Shown: positions 7,323 through 16,137 of the stretch, one piece after another
Layout of the letters: each line of letters starts with the position of its first letter
How positions within the stretch are numbered: the first letter of the stretch is position 1
DNA from: Candidatus Micrarchaeia archaeon
Lineage (GTDB): Archaea > Micrarchaeota > Micrarchaeia > Anstonellales > Anstonellaceae
Reading direction: 5' to 3'
Length of the DNA stretch: 64,000 bases
NCBI GenBank assembly: GCA_041665945.1
Contig: JBAYHU010000002.1
Span: 107,350 to 171,349, forward strand
Notes under the pieces: generated by a model
Told to the model about the DNA's origin: nothing
Seen by the model: the letters and a program-made list of their open reading frames with translations, nothing else
Databases searched by the model: none
Made by a program: the position numbers and the translations under genes

Positions 7323-9521
7323 ATGGACGCGGACGGCAGCATAAGGACGCAATTCGATGATTTGGTCGCGGGCATAAAGCGTGCCGGCGGAAATCCGATA
7401 AGCGCCGCGGAGCTTTCGTCCGCTACAGGGCTCTCCCCAGCCAGCGTAATGAAATGGCTGACTCTGCTTGAAAAGCAAAAGCGCGTCCACATCGTGAACC
7501 GCCTCTCGGGAGTATACGTCCACTGGGCAGGCGAACCGGAAAAAATCAAGCCTCTTGCCCACGGGACCGTGGATGCGGCGGCGGGAATCCGTTCGACTTC
7601 AGACATCGACATAGCGCGCGGGCACGAGGAGGAAGCGAAGCGGAAGCTCGCGTCCGAGTCAGAAGGCGAAAAAACAAGGCAGGCAGATGCCGCAGCCCCA
7701 AGCGAGGAGGAGCTCGCGATGCTCCGCCACAGGGAAGTCATAGTCTCAGCCGGCTCGGAGCTTGCGGATGTCGGCGAAAAAATCGAGAAAATCGGCACGC
7801 TCATTTCAGAACTCAAGAGAAGGAAGGCAAGCGCGCGCAGGGAAGCAGCGCAATCCAGGGCAGCGGAAGTTCGGGCAAAGCCAACCGCGCCCACGATGAC
7901 AGTCATAACAAACGACACGCCGGACGCAGGGGCATCGTCCCTTGAAGAGCTGTCCCACGCGGAAAAAACCGCAAAGCCCAGCATGGACGTGTTCGGGACT
8001 CCTGATACCGAGGAGCTGATTGGCGAGATTGCAGAGGAAAAGGCTGAGCCGGAAGCGGCTAAAAAAATCGAGCCCAATGTAAAGCCCAAGGCGCGGGAAA
8101 TAAAAATCGAGGAGCAGGTCGCGCAGGTTGAAGAGCAGGCGCAGCCAATCAACCCCGAGCTTGAGGAGCCTACGCAGCTTTCAATCCAGGAAAACGGGAT
8201 TCAAATCATGCCGATTCTTCCGAAGAGGAAGGTCAGGATACGGAAAATCACGAGGATGGAACCTGTCCAGCCCACTTCAGTTTCACTCCAGTTTTCCGAG
8301 AAGATGGCAAGGCACGTCAGGAAAATAATGGGGCAGACGCAGGAAATCGAGAAGCTCAAGATGGAGAAGGAGAAGCTTCTCGCCGAGCACTACATGCCAA
8401 TGCAGCGCAGGCTCGAGGTTGAAATCGAGACCATTTCCGACCGCGTGCTTCGCATGGAGAAGAACATTCTTGCAATACAGGAGCGCGCAAGCGAATTGCC
8501 CAACAGAGTGCAGAATGTCGAGAAGCTGCAAATTTCAACTATCAAGGCGCACGCGGAAATGAGGCGCGCGCACGACGAGGCAGGGGCGCTTGTGGAGGAA
8601 GCCACGCGCCAGCTTGCGGAAGAGCGCGAAAAGATGTCCATGATGGTGGAGCAGAGCAGACAGGAGCTTGCCGAGCACCGCGCGAAGTCCGAGGAGCTTT
8701 CACACACTATTGAGAAAATCAACAGGATGGAAGAGGAAGCTGCGAACCTCGTTATTTCGGCGAGGGGCGCGCTTGCAGAGCAGGCTGAGAGGCTTGCCAT
8801 TGCCGAAGTCAACGCGCAGGAACTCACGGCGCTCAAGACAGAGATTGCCGAGGGAGTTGCAACAGCCAAGCGCGAAATGGGCGCGGCAAAGGGAGTGCTC
8901 ACTGGCTTGGAAAAGCAGATGTCCCAGATGCGCCAGATTGAAATCTGGGCAAACTCGGTGAGGCAGGAATACGAGAAGAAGATGGTGGACATTGACGATT
9001 ACATCAGGAACGGCAACAACGAGTTCGAGACATTGCGCGAGTCGGTCGAGGCGAATTTCGTGCGCAGGTATCTGCGCGAGCTTCGCCAGCTGACAGATTC
9101 TTACACCTTCGAGCTCAACCAGGTGAAAAACGCCGAGGGCAACATAGACCAGCGCATAAATGAGGAGAAGAAGAAGCTGGAAGACCTGCTTGAAGAGGGC
9201 AGGAAAATCGCCTACCTTTACGAAATGCAGTCCCGCGAAATCGAGGGCGGGGACAGGTTCGAGAAGCATGGCGAGGAATTCCGCACGCTGTCCGAGATAT
9301 CGGCGTCCCGCACGCAGCTTGAGCAGATGATTGCGCAGGTCGTGGGCAACAGAAGCGGGCACGAGACGAAGGAAAACGAGGTCATTGATATTCCAAGGCC
9401 GAAGACAATCGCCTCCCGCAGGCACTTCGCAAAGGCGAAGGCAAAAAGCAAGCCCGCTGCAAAGGCAAAACCCAAGCAGAAGAAATCCGGCAAGGCAAAG
9501 AAAGCAGGGCGGAAGAAGTAG
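7323..9521 (+). CDS. long coiled-coil protein with N-terminal winged-helix domain and C-terminal Lys/Ala-rich basic tail
   Basis: N-terminal SAAELSSATGLSPASVMKWLTLLEKQKRVHIV is winged-helix-like. More than 500 aa of E/K/R/A/Q-rich heptad-like sequence follows. The C-terminus is AKAKAKSKPAAKAKPKQKKSGKAKKAGRKK. It lies between rpl10e and rpl1 where L11 would be expected. Confidence 0.6.
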   Translation: MDADGSIRTQFDDLVAGIKRAGGNPISAAELSSATGLSPASVMKWLTLLEKQKRVHIVNRLSGVYVHWAGEPEKIKPLAHGTVDAAAGIRSTSDIDIARGHEEEAKRKLASESEGEKTRQADAAAPSEEELAMLRHREVIVSAGSELADVGEKIEKIGTLISELKRRKASARREAAQSRAAEVRAKPTAPTMTVITNDTPDAGASSLEELSHAEKTAKPSMDVFGTPDTEELIGEIAEEKAEPEAAKKIEPNVKPKAREIKIEEQVAQVEEQAQPINPELEEPTQLSIQENGIQIMPILPKRKVRIRKITRMEPVQPTSVSLQFSEKMARHVRKIMGQTQEIEKLKMEKEKLLAEHYMPMQRRLEVEIETISDRVLRMEKNILAIQERASELPNRVQNVEKLQISTIKAHAEMRRAHDEAGALVEEATRQLAEEREKMSMMVEQSRQELAEHRAKSEELSHTIEKINRMEEEAANLVISARGALAEQAERLAIAEVNAQELTALKTEIAEGVATAKREMGAAKGVLTGLEKQMSQMRQIEIWANSVRQEYEKKMVDIDDYIRNGNNEFETLRESVEANFVRRYLRELRQLTDSYTFELNQVKNAEGNIDQRINEEKKKLEDLLEEGRKIAYLYEMQSREIEGGDRFEKHGEEFRTLSEISASRTQLEQMIAQVVGNRSGHETKENEVIDIPRPKTIASRRHFAKAKAKSKPAAKAKPKQKKSGKAKKAGRKK

Positions 9522-9533
9522 AGTGGTGCGGGC

Positions 9534-10067
9534 ATGCTGATGAAAAAACAGCCTAGCAACGGGAATGGCTCCGCCGTGAAAAATGCGCTTGGCTCCAAGC
9601 CCCTGCTCAGGGAGCTTTCGCCCGAAACCCTGCTCAAAATCGACAGGTTCGCAATCGGGTTCGTGGAAACCGTGAAGAAAAAAGATTACGATGGGATGGA
9701 TGAGAGAGTATCCGACCTGTTCGAGATACTCAAAGGCGTGGCTGCGCAGAACAAGGGCTTTGAATTCGATTTTGCCAAAACCGTCCATCACTTCTTTAGG
9801 GCGCCAAACCCAGGGATAATCGGGATTGACATTACCCGGAAAGGCAAGCAGTTTTCCTACGTGGTGATAACGTACTCCGAAGAGCGAACGTACTCGGAAG
9901 AGCGCAAATCTCTAAGCATCAGCGCTTATTGCGATGGCGGGATTGAACCGGCGCGCCCCCGCGCCTATTCCACTGCGAGCGAGATTTCCGAAAAGATGCA
10001 GGCGCTCGCCACGAACATCCTCAACCTGAAGAAAGGCGACAGCCCCCTCATGATGAATGTCGAATAG
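9534..10067 (+). CDS. hypothetical protein
   Basis: 177-aa ORF with coding-like codon bias. Contains an internal YSEER TYSEER direct repeat. No recognised motif. Confidence 0.5.
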   Translation: MLMKKQPSNGNGSAVKNALGSKPLLRELSPETLLKIDRFAIGFVETVKKKDYDGMDERVSDLFEILKGVAAQNKGFEFDFAKTVHHFFRAPNPGIIGIDITRKGKQFSYVVITYSEERTYSEERKSLSISAYCDGGIEPARPRAYSTASEISEKMQALATNILNLKKGDSPLMMNVE

Positions 10068-10170
10068 GCGCGCCCTTCGGAACGTTTTAAAACATTTCCA
10101 TTCATATCCGACGCTACAGACGGCTTTTCCCGCCGTTTACCATTCGTAAAAGCGAATGGGAGGGAATTTG

Positions 10171-10806
10171 ATGGTTGACAAACAGAAAGTAGTAAACGCC
10201 ATAACGAAGGCGCTGGAAGACAAAGGCAAGCGCAAGTTTTCCCAGTCCGTGGAGTTCATCGTTAACTTCCGCGGCATCGACTTCGCCAAGGCAGAAAACC
10301 GCCTGAACCTCGACATCCTCCTTCCGAAAGGCAAGGGCAAGGAACAGAAGGTCATGGTCTTCGCAGACGGGCAAATCGCCCTCGACGCGAAGAACGCTGG
10401 CGCGAACGAAGTAATCGACAACGCCGGCATCCTCAAGATGGCGCAGGACCGCAAGAAGGTCAAGATGATTGCAAAGCAGCACGAGTTCATCGCCCAGCCC
10501 AACATGATGGTGAACGTCGGAAAGTCGCTTGGTCAGGTGCTCGGCGCGAAGGGAAAGCTCCCCCGCCCGATTACAGGCCAGACGAAGGACGCCGTGGACG
10601 CGGCAAAGCGCCGTGTGCGCCTCGCATCCAAGGGCAAGTACCTGCCTGTCGCGCAGTGCGTGATTGGCTCCGAATCGATGAACGCGGACGAGCTTGCGGA
10701 GAACTTCGCAGCCGTCTACGAGAAGGTTGCCGCGAAAGTGCTTGAGCCGAACATCAAGTCGGTGTATGTCAAGCTCTCGATGGGCAAGCCTGTCAAGGTC
10801 GCATAA
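10171..10806 (+). CDS. rpl1: 50S ribosomal protein L1 (uL1)
   Basis: MVDKQKVVNAITKA...FSQSVEFIVNFRGID is typical of L1. GGAGGG SD lies 7 nt upstream of ATG 10171 (the track ORF starts earlier at 10156). Confidence 0.9.
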   Translation: MVDKQKVVNAITKALEDKGKRKFSQSVEFIVNFRGIDFAKAENRLNLDILLPKGKGKEQKVMVFADGQIALDAKNAGANEVIDNAGILKMAQDRKKVKMIAKQHEFIAQPNMMVNVGKSLGQVLGAKGKLPRPITGQTKDAVDAAKRRVRLASKGKYLPVAQCVIGSESMNADELAENFAAVYEKVAAKVLEPNIKSVYVKLSMGKPVKVA

Positions 10807-10814
10807 GGGTGTTT

Positions 10815-11756
10815 ATGATGACAAGGAAGAAAATCAAGGCAACCGTGAAGCGCAAGGAAAGCCCGATGCTCCACGCGAAGAAGGAGAAGGTCGAGGAAAT
10901 TCACAAGCACGCGGGCAAGTTCCCGGTAATCGCGCTTCTGAACATCCGCAACCTCCCTGACCGCATCTTGCAGTCTTCGAAGAAGAAGCTGCGCGGCAGC
11001 GCTGAATTCTCGGTCGCGAAAAACAGCGTCATTGCGCGCGCGCTTGAGAAGTCCGGCAAGGGCGATCTCGCCAAGGCAATGGACTTCCCGACCTCGCTCG
11101 TGTTCACTACGCACACGCCCTATGAGCTTTTCAAGTTCTTCAAGGACAACAAGGTGAAAGTCGCCGCAAAGCCAGGGATGATAGCCCCGTTCGACATCAT
11201 CGTCCCTGAAGGCGAAACCGACCTTATGCCCGGGCCTGCGCTCTCCGAATTGAAGAACGCCGGCATCAACGCCCAGATAAAGGGCGGCAAGATTATCGTG
11301 GCAAAGGACTCGACCGTTGTGAAGAAGGGCGCCAAAATAAGCGACAATGTTTGCAAGGCGCTCCAGAAGCTCAACATTCTCCCGTTCGACGCGATGGTGA
11401 ACATGGTGGCTGCCTACGACGGCAAATTCACCTACACCGCAAGCGCACTGGACATCGATGAAACGCAGCTGCACGCGGACCTCGTGGAATGCCTGTCGCA
11501 GTCTTTCAACGTGTCATTCAATGCATCTTTCCCGACATCGCAGAACATCGAAGCCCTCCTGTCACAGGCGGTATCGCAGGGCAGGAACATGGCGGTAAAC
11601 GGCTGCATCTACTCGGAGGCTTCAACCGAGTTGCTTCTGGTGCAGGCTGTCCTTCTGGGGAGCACGCTCTCCGGCAAGGTCGGGAATCTCGAATCAGGCT
11701 CAAGCGCAACGCCGGCCGCTTCTACCGGCGCAGCGCCAACTGAACAGAAACAGTAG
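10815..11756 (+). CDS. rplP0: 50S ribosomal protein P0 (uL10)
   Basis: Archaeal acidic ribosomal protein P0 architecture. The C-terminal Ala/Ser/Gly-rich stalk tail ends in a short hydrophilic peptide. Confidence 0.85.
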   Translation: MMTRKKIKATVKRKESPMLHAKKEKVEEIHKHAGKFPVIALLNIRNLPDRILQSSKKKLRGSAEFSVAKNSVIARALEKSGKGDLAKAMDFPTSLVFTTHTPYELFKFFKDNKVKVAAKPGMIAPFDIIVPEGETDLMPGPALSELKNAGINAQIKGGKIIVAKDSTVVKKGAKISDNVCKALQKLNILPFDAMVNMVAAYDGKFTYTASALDIDETQLHADLVECLSQSFNVSFNASFPTSQNIEALLSQAVSQGRNMAVNGCIYSEASTELLLVQAVLLGSTLSGKVGNLESGSSATPAASTGAAPTEQKQ

Positions 11757-11767
11757 GAGGTAATGCT

Positions 11768-12073
11768 ATGAAAATTGACTCGTATCTGCACGCGGCTCTC
11801 GTCCTCAAGGGCGCAGAGAAGGAAATCACGAAGGAGAGCCTTGTGGCTGTCCTCAAGGCAGCCGGCGCCCCCGTCGAGGAGGCAAAGGCACAGGTCCTTG
11901 CGGAGGCTGTCAAGGGCGTCGACTTCGCCGAGCTTTTGAAGGCGGCAGTGGCACCGGTTGCAGCAGCGCCGGCGGCAGCAGCCCCGTCTGAGCACAAGAA
12001 GGAAGAGAAGAAGGAAGACCCTGCGAAGACCGAAGCGGCAGCCGCTGAGGGACTCGCGTCGCTCTTTGGCTAA
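11768..12073 (+). CDS. rpl12: 50S ribosomal stalk protein P1 (aL12)
   Basis: MKIDSYLHAALVL..., an Ala/Pro hinge, and the C-terminal EEKKEDPAKTEAAAAEGLASLFG. GGAGGT SD upstream. Confidence 0.9.
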   Translation: MKIDSYLHAALVLKGAEKEITKESLVAVLKAAGAPVEEAKAQVLAEAVKGVDFAELLKAAVAPVAAAPAAAAPSEHKKEEKKEDPAKTEAAAAEGLASLFG

Positions 12074-12100
12074 ATAGGCCTGAAAACTTTTTTCTCTCGG

Positions 12101-12200
12101 AAGACTGCGGCAGCAGTCTTACGCGCCTAAGGCAACTGCAACAGCAGTTGTCTGCGAGGTAGAGCCCGAAGGGCTCTACAACGTAGAGCCGCAGGCTCTA
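12101..12200 (+). repeat. array of four consecutive perfect stem-loops followed by an oligo-T tract (intrinsic terminator region)
   Basis: AAGACTGCggcaGCAGTCTT (12101-12120), CAACTGCaacaGCAGTTG (12133-12150), GTAGAGCCCgaaGGGCTCTAC (12159-12179) and TAGAGCCgcaGGCTCTA (12184-12200). The hairpin pairs differ by compensatory substitutions. The T-rich run 12207-12240 serves the convergent genes. Confidence 0.7.
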
Positions 12201-12232
12201 AGCGCGTTTTAATTTCTTTTTTTATTGTTTTT

Positions 12233-13108
12233 TTATTCTTTAGAATCCGTGAGCGGAAGCCTTTCTTCCTGCGTTGGCATGATACCGTAGAATGAGCCGG
12301 TCCTGCGAGGGGTTTTCGCCCCGATTTCGACGTCCCCTCCGGTGCTCCAGCGAAGCCCGACCGCCTCTTCGGGGTTTAGGTTGCCGATTTCAATGCCCCT
12401 GCTGCCAAGCTGCTCAAAAAGATTGGAAAGCGTGGCTTGCAATCCGAGGTTCTTGGTTTCCCTTGTCAGTTTGTCAAGCTGCTCAAAGCAATCGTCCACT
12501 ATCTTTTGAGTTTCGCCGTCGCCCGTTTCTTTCGCCTTTTCGCGAATCTGCGCGAGCTTGGTGAGGGTAAACTGCATGCAGGCGGCCATTTCCCCGCCGC
12601 TCACGCCGTTTTCAGACACGTACGTGTGCAATTCGTACGCCGGAAGGGCGATTCCCTTGCCGTCTTCCTGAAACTCGATGGGAACCGGAGTGATTCTTGT
12701 GAGCAGGTCGGAACCCAGGTGCCCGTTCGGATAATGCGTGATGTCGAGGCGGCCGTAGACCTCGGAATTGAAATAAAGCGGAGGGGGCGTCTTGAAATCC
12801 CTTGTTTTGGACTGCTCGATGATTTTCGAGTAGTTTTCAGGGCTTGTTGCGTCCGCCTTCTTCCATTTCGCCTCGAAGTAAAAATACGAGCCAGCTGCCA
12901 CGACAGGGGTGAACGCGAAGACGGCAGCCACCGCAACACCTGCAAACGGAAGGATGCCCTGCCCCTCGCAGCCGGCGAGCATGGAAAGCGAGGCAATGCC
13001 CGTGCCTGCGAGGAATTTTTTGAAAAAGCGGGATTTTGAAGCGCAGGGCTGGGACGCGGGAATTCCGCTATCGACCTGTCTGGGGATTTTTTTGTTATGC
13101 ATGGGCAT
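12233..13108 (-). CDS. hypothetical lipoprotein (signal peptide with lipobox LAGC)
   Basis: N-terminal basic region, hydrophobic stretch, and LAGC|EGQ lipobox. The rest has no known domain. Confidence 0.55.
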   Translation of the reverse strand: MPMHNKKIPRQVDSGIPASQPCASKSRFFKKFLAGTGIASLSMLAGCEGQGILPFAGVAVAAVFAFTPVVAAGSYFYFEAKWKKADATSPENYSKIIEQSKTRDFKTPPPLYFNSEVYGRLDITHYPNGHLGSDLLTRITPVPIEFQEDGKGIALPAYELHTYVSENGVSGGEMAACMQFTLTKLAQIREKAKETGDGETQKIVDDCFEQLDKLTRETKNLGLQATLSNLFEQLGSRGIEIGNLNPEEAVGLRWSTGGDVEIGAKTPRRTGSFYGIMPTQEERLPLTDSKE

Positions 13109-13119
13109 TCCCGCCTAAC

Positions 13120-13734
13120 TTAACGCCAGAGTATCTTCGCAGGCGTGCCGTTCCTTTGCGCCACTGCATCAGTTATTGTCCTGTAATAGGGCTTGGGCGA
13201 GTCGTTGCCGAATGAATTGGTGAACCTGCGCCCGCCTGTTGCCTCGCCCCACGTCTTGAAGCGGACGTTCGGGATTTCAGGCGCGTCCCTGCCGGGCTTG
13301 TTTTCGCTCCGCCAGTTGGAATTGGTTTTTGCCATTCCGGGGACATCGTGCCATGACTTGTATGTGTCGGCAGAGTGCTTTTTCGCGTCCGGCTTTTCAA
13401 CCCATGAGAGGGTTTTGGCTTTCTCCTGCGGTTTGGGCGAAGCTTCGATGAATATCGGCTCGGAGTTTTCCGCCGCTTCTGCTTCAAGGCGGGCGAGTTT
13501 CTCGACTGCGGCATTGTGCTCGGCAATGCGCGCCGCCTTGGCGTGGTTGCGCAGTATGTCGCCCACGCAGCCGGTGAATGAAACCGCGAGCATCCCGACC
13601 AGAAAGAGAATGGAATTTTCCGAAATCTCGCCGTTTTTCGTGAAGGGGGAGCAGCCAGTCTGGAGGAGTGAAGAACCCATTGCAAGGGGAAGAAGGGCGC
13701 TTGTTTTCGCTTTTGCCAGCAGGGAAGTCGTCAT
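13120..13734 (-). CDS. hypothetical membrane-anchored or lipoprotein-like protein
   Basis: N-terminal LLPLAMGSSLLQTGC lipobox-like signal and a second hydrophobic segment. The C-terminal part is Lys/Pro-rich. Confidence 0.5.
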   Translation of the reverse strand: MTTSLLAKAKTSALLPLAMGSSLLQTGCSPFTKNGEISENSILFLVGMLAVSFTGCVGDILRNHAKAARIAEHNAAVEKLARLEAEAAENSEPIFIEASPKPQEKAKTLSWVEKPDAKKHSADTYKSWHDVPGMAKTNSNWRSENKPGRDAPEIPNVRFKTWGEATGGRRFTNSFGNDSPKPYYRTITDAVAQRNGTPAKILWR

Positions 13735-13907
13735 GATATACTATTAATAGCGACATATTTATATATATGCCCGACGTCGGGATGCCGGGATTCGCGGCGC
13801 CATGCACCGGCACCACCGGCACGTTGCCCCTTGTCCCGCTTTATATATGAAAAATAGCGCAAGCAGTGAGCCGGGGAAGCGCCCTGGCGGAAAAAAAGGT
13901 GGCGACC

Positions 13908-14099
13908 ATGAAAATCAACATAGACGAACTGACCTACGAGGAAATCAAGGAAGTGGTGGACAGGCTGCGCGAGATGAAGATTGAAACCATCATACGGAAA
14001 TCCGGCCCCAGCGTCATTCTCCAGACCGAGCAGGGGCCTGTGCAGATTGCCGAAGATGAGGCGACCGAAATATACGGCGTGCCCGCCATGATGTTCTGA
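13908..14099 (+). CDS. small hypothetical protein (63 aa)
   Basis: ATG 13908 preceded by a GGTGG SD (the track ORF starts upstream at 13866). MKINIDELTYEEIKEVVDRLREMKIE... has coding-like codon bias. There are divergent TATA boxes at about 13765 and 13840. Confidence 0.4.
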   Translation: MKINIDELTYEEIKEVVDRLREMKIETIIRKSGPSVILQTEQGPVQIAEDEATEIYGVPAMMF

Positions 14100-14180
14100 C
14101 TTGTATGCCCTTTTAGTGTAAGTTTAATAATAGTTTAGTGCTATAAAAATGCACAGATTGGCTTGCATGGGGGCGAAAAG

Positions 14181-14426
14181 ATGGATGTGAACCTGCATCT
14201 TGAAGGAGAAACTGCAAATTACATAGAGGCGCTCGTGAAAAGGGGGCTTGCCGCCAACAAGACGGAGGCAATACGGCTCAGCATAGTGCGCTCCATGGAA
14301 AGGGAGCCGGAGGGCGAGGCAGGGAGATTCAGCCAGGCAATAATCGAGAAGGCGTGGAACGGGCCGAAAGACAAGGAAGCCGGAAATTTCTACAGGCAGA
14401 GGTATTTGCGTGGCAAAAAGGCGTGA
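14181..14426 (+). CDS. ribbon-helix-helix (CopG/RHH) antitoxin
   Basis: MDVNLHLEGETANYIEALVKRGLAANKTEAIRLSI has the beta-strand plus two helices of RHH antitoxins. TATA ctataaaaa lies about 30 nt upstream. The 3' end overlaps the toxin gene by 17 nt. Confidence 0.65.
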   Translation: MDVNLHLEGETANYIEALVKRGLAANKTEAIRLSIVRSMEREPEGEAGRFSQAIIEKAWNGPKDKEAGNFYRQRYLRGKKA

Positions 14427-14736
14427 AGTCGTCCTCGCGGAAATCTTCTTTTCCGATGCCCCGGACAGCAAAACCCGCCCTTGCATCGTCCTTTCGGACG
14501 GAGCGTATTGCGATGGCAAGTATTCCGTTGTCGCCATGATAACGAGCGAATGCGACGAGCATTGCCTGCCGATAAGCGAAAATGACGCCGGTTGCCGATT
14601 TTATGGGGGAAGCGGAGTGCGGTTCAACTGCATGGCAAGGATAGGGGCTGCGCAGCTCGAGCGGCGCATAGGGAAGGTTGCGCCGGAATTCTATTCGCGG
14701 CTCGTCGGCAGGATAAACGGAATCATCGGAAAATGA
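14410..14736 (+). CDS. mazF: PemK/MazF-family endoribonuclease toxin
   Basis: RREVVLAEIFFSDAPDSKTRPCIVLSD...VVAMITSE...RIGKVAPEFYSRLVGRINGIIG matches the MazF/PemK fold signature. It overlaps the upstream RHH gene. Confidence 0.7.
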   Translation: MAKRREVVLAEIFFSDAPDSKTRPCIVLSDGAYCDGKYSVVAMITSECDEHCLPISENDAGCRFYGGSGVRFNCMARIGAAQLERRIGKVAPEFYSRLVGRINGIIGK

Positions 14737-14783
14737 ACAGAGGGAAAAGCAAGCAATAAAAGCCCAGAGCAGGAAGTTTTTGC

Positions 14784-15374
14784 ATGGCAGAGGAAAACAG
14801 GATTGAAGAGGATGCTCCTGAAGAGGAGCGAGAGGAGAAAGAAGATGGAAAGCGGACAATCGCCGCGAGCCGCAGCGAGGGGCGAGCTGTGCCCGAAGGG
14901 CACACAATAGCATCAAGGGGCATTCCCTCCAAGGATTCGCTTTACCTCCCTCCGCACAATTCCCCGGAGCTTCGCGCATTCCAGGACGGGAATGAGGGGA
15001 TAACGCGGAACATCTGGAACCTTGAGGAGATAGCGAACTTTGTTTTCCCCAAGAAATACCAGGCGAAATACAACGAGATAGCCGTGGCGTTCCTCAAGCT
15101 CGCGCTTGACAGGGGCACGCTGTCCGGCGACGACATAGGGCATTTCGTTTCGCAGAACGGGATATCCAAGGCGACATTCTACAACAGGGTGCTGCCTCGC
15201 CTCAAGAGAATCGGGATGCTGAAGGTGGAGAGGCAGACCATAATCGCGCTTGAGAGCAAGAGGAAATTCCGCCCCATGACAATCACGCTTTCGAAAACCT
15301 TCGGGAACTACCTGATGAAGATAGGCGACTCGTGGCTCGCGCTTGTGGATGACGCGCGCAGCAAGAAGAAATAG
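14784..15374 (+). CDS. hypothetical protein with acidic N-terminus and winged-helix-like C-terminal half (putative regulator)
   Basis: Glu-rich N-terminus, then NEIAVAFLKLALDRGTLSGDDIGHFVSQNGISKATFYNRVLPRLKRIGMLK, which is HTH-like. Leaderless promoter spacing. Confidence 0.5.
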   Translation: MAEENRIEEDAPEEEREEKEDGKRTIAASRSEGRAVPEGHTIASRGIPSKDSLYLPPHNSPELRAFQDGNEGITRNIWNLEEIANFVFPKKYQAKYNEIAVAFLKLALDRGTLSGDDIGHFVSQNGISKATFYNRVLPRLKRIGMLKVERQTIIALESKRKFRPMTITLSKTFGNYLMKIGDSWLALVDDARSKKK

Positions 15375-15429
15375 ACGGGCGCTCTAGCACAGCTATCCAT
15401 TTTAAACCATTCTGCATAGATTGAATCTC

Positions 15430-16137
15430 ATGCTCGTCGCAGACAAAACCGGGGGGAAACAGGGCGCCATATTCACAACGCAGGTCCTCGGGGAAAATAA
15501 ACTCTCTCTAATCAAGACTGCCGACGATACACGAAGGAAACGCTTTATGTCCGATGGCAGTTCCAGATTGACATCAGGGACAGTGCCATACTGGGCCAAT
15601 TGCACGTCACCCCATGGGCGAGCCAAAAGAACCATAGAGCCCCTTGTGGACAAAATTTACGGCGGGGAAATACTCGAGATAGGATGTTCCACGGGATTGT
15701 CGACCAGAGAAATCGCCACTCTTTTTCCGGATTCGAAGATAACCGCAATAGACAACCGGGAGGATGCAATCGAAGTCGCTATGCGCCAAAACCTATCGCT
15801 TGTGAAAAACAGGGGGGTTGAATTTGTGCTTGCAGACGGATACTTCCTTGCGGAGTGGTTTGGGAACAGGCTCTTTGGCACGATAATGGCGATGAACAAC
15901 ATCCTCTTCAACTTAGATTCGTTTCCGGAAAATGACCTTGCCTGCGTCATGCATAATCTTGTGAGGGGACTGAAAACCGGCGGCTCGTTGCTTTTTTCGA
16001 AGGAAGAGTTCAGCGTGCTATTTCGAAAGGAGGAACGCCGCCTGATGCTCCTTAGCACCACTGCCAAGCTTTCCTCAGATTATAAGAGCATAAACAGGCT
16101 GATGGAAGTCGCAAACAAACCGGCTATTCGTCCTTGA
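15430..16137 (+). CDS. class I SAM-dependent methyltransferase
   Basis: Motif I EILEIGCSTG, motif II ITAIDNRED, plus FVLADG and LKTGGSLLF. ATG 15430 sits at leaderless distance from TATA attttaaacc (the track ORF starts at a TTG, 15421). Confidence 0.65.
   Translation: MLVADKTGGKQGAIFTTQVLGENKLSLIKTADDTRRKRFMSDGSSRLTSGTVPYWANCTSPHGRAKRTIEPLVDKIYGGEILEIGCSTGLSTREIATLFPDSKITAIDNREDAIEVAMRQNLSLVKNRGVEFVLADGYFLAEWFGNRLFGTIMAMNNILFNLDSFPENDLACVMHNLVRGLKTGGSLLFSKEEFSVLFRKEERRLMLLSTTAKLSSDYKSINRLMEVANKPAIRP

Noticed and set aside
12233-13108. Twin-arginine (Tat) signal on the first lipoprotein (SRFFKKFLAG)
   Set aside because: Only one Arg. It does not meet the S/T-R-R-x-F-L-K consensus, so it is treated as an ordinary Sec/lipobox signal.
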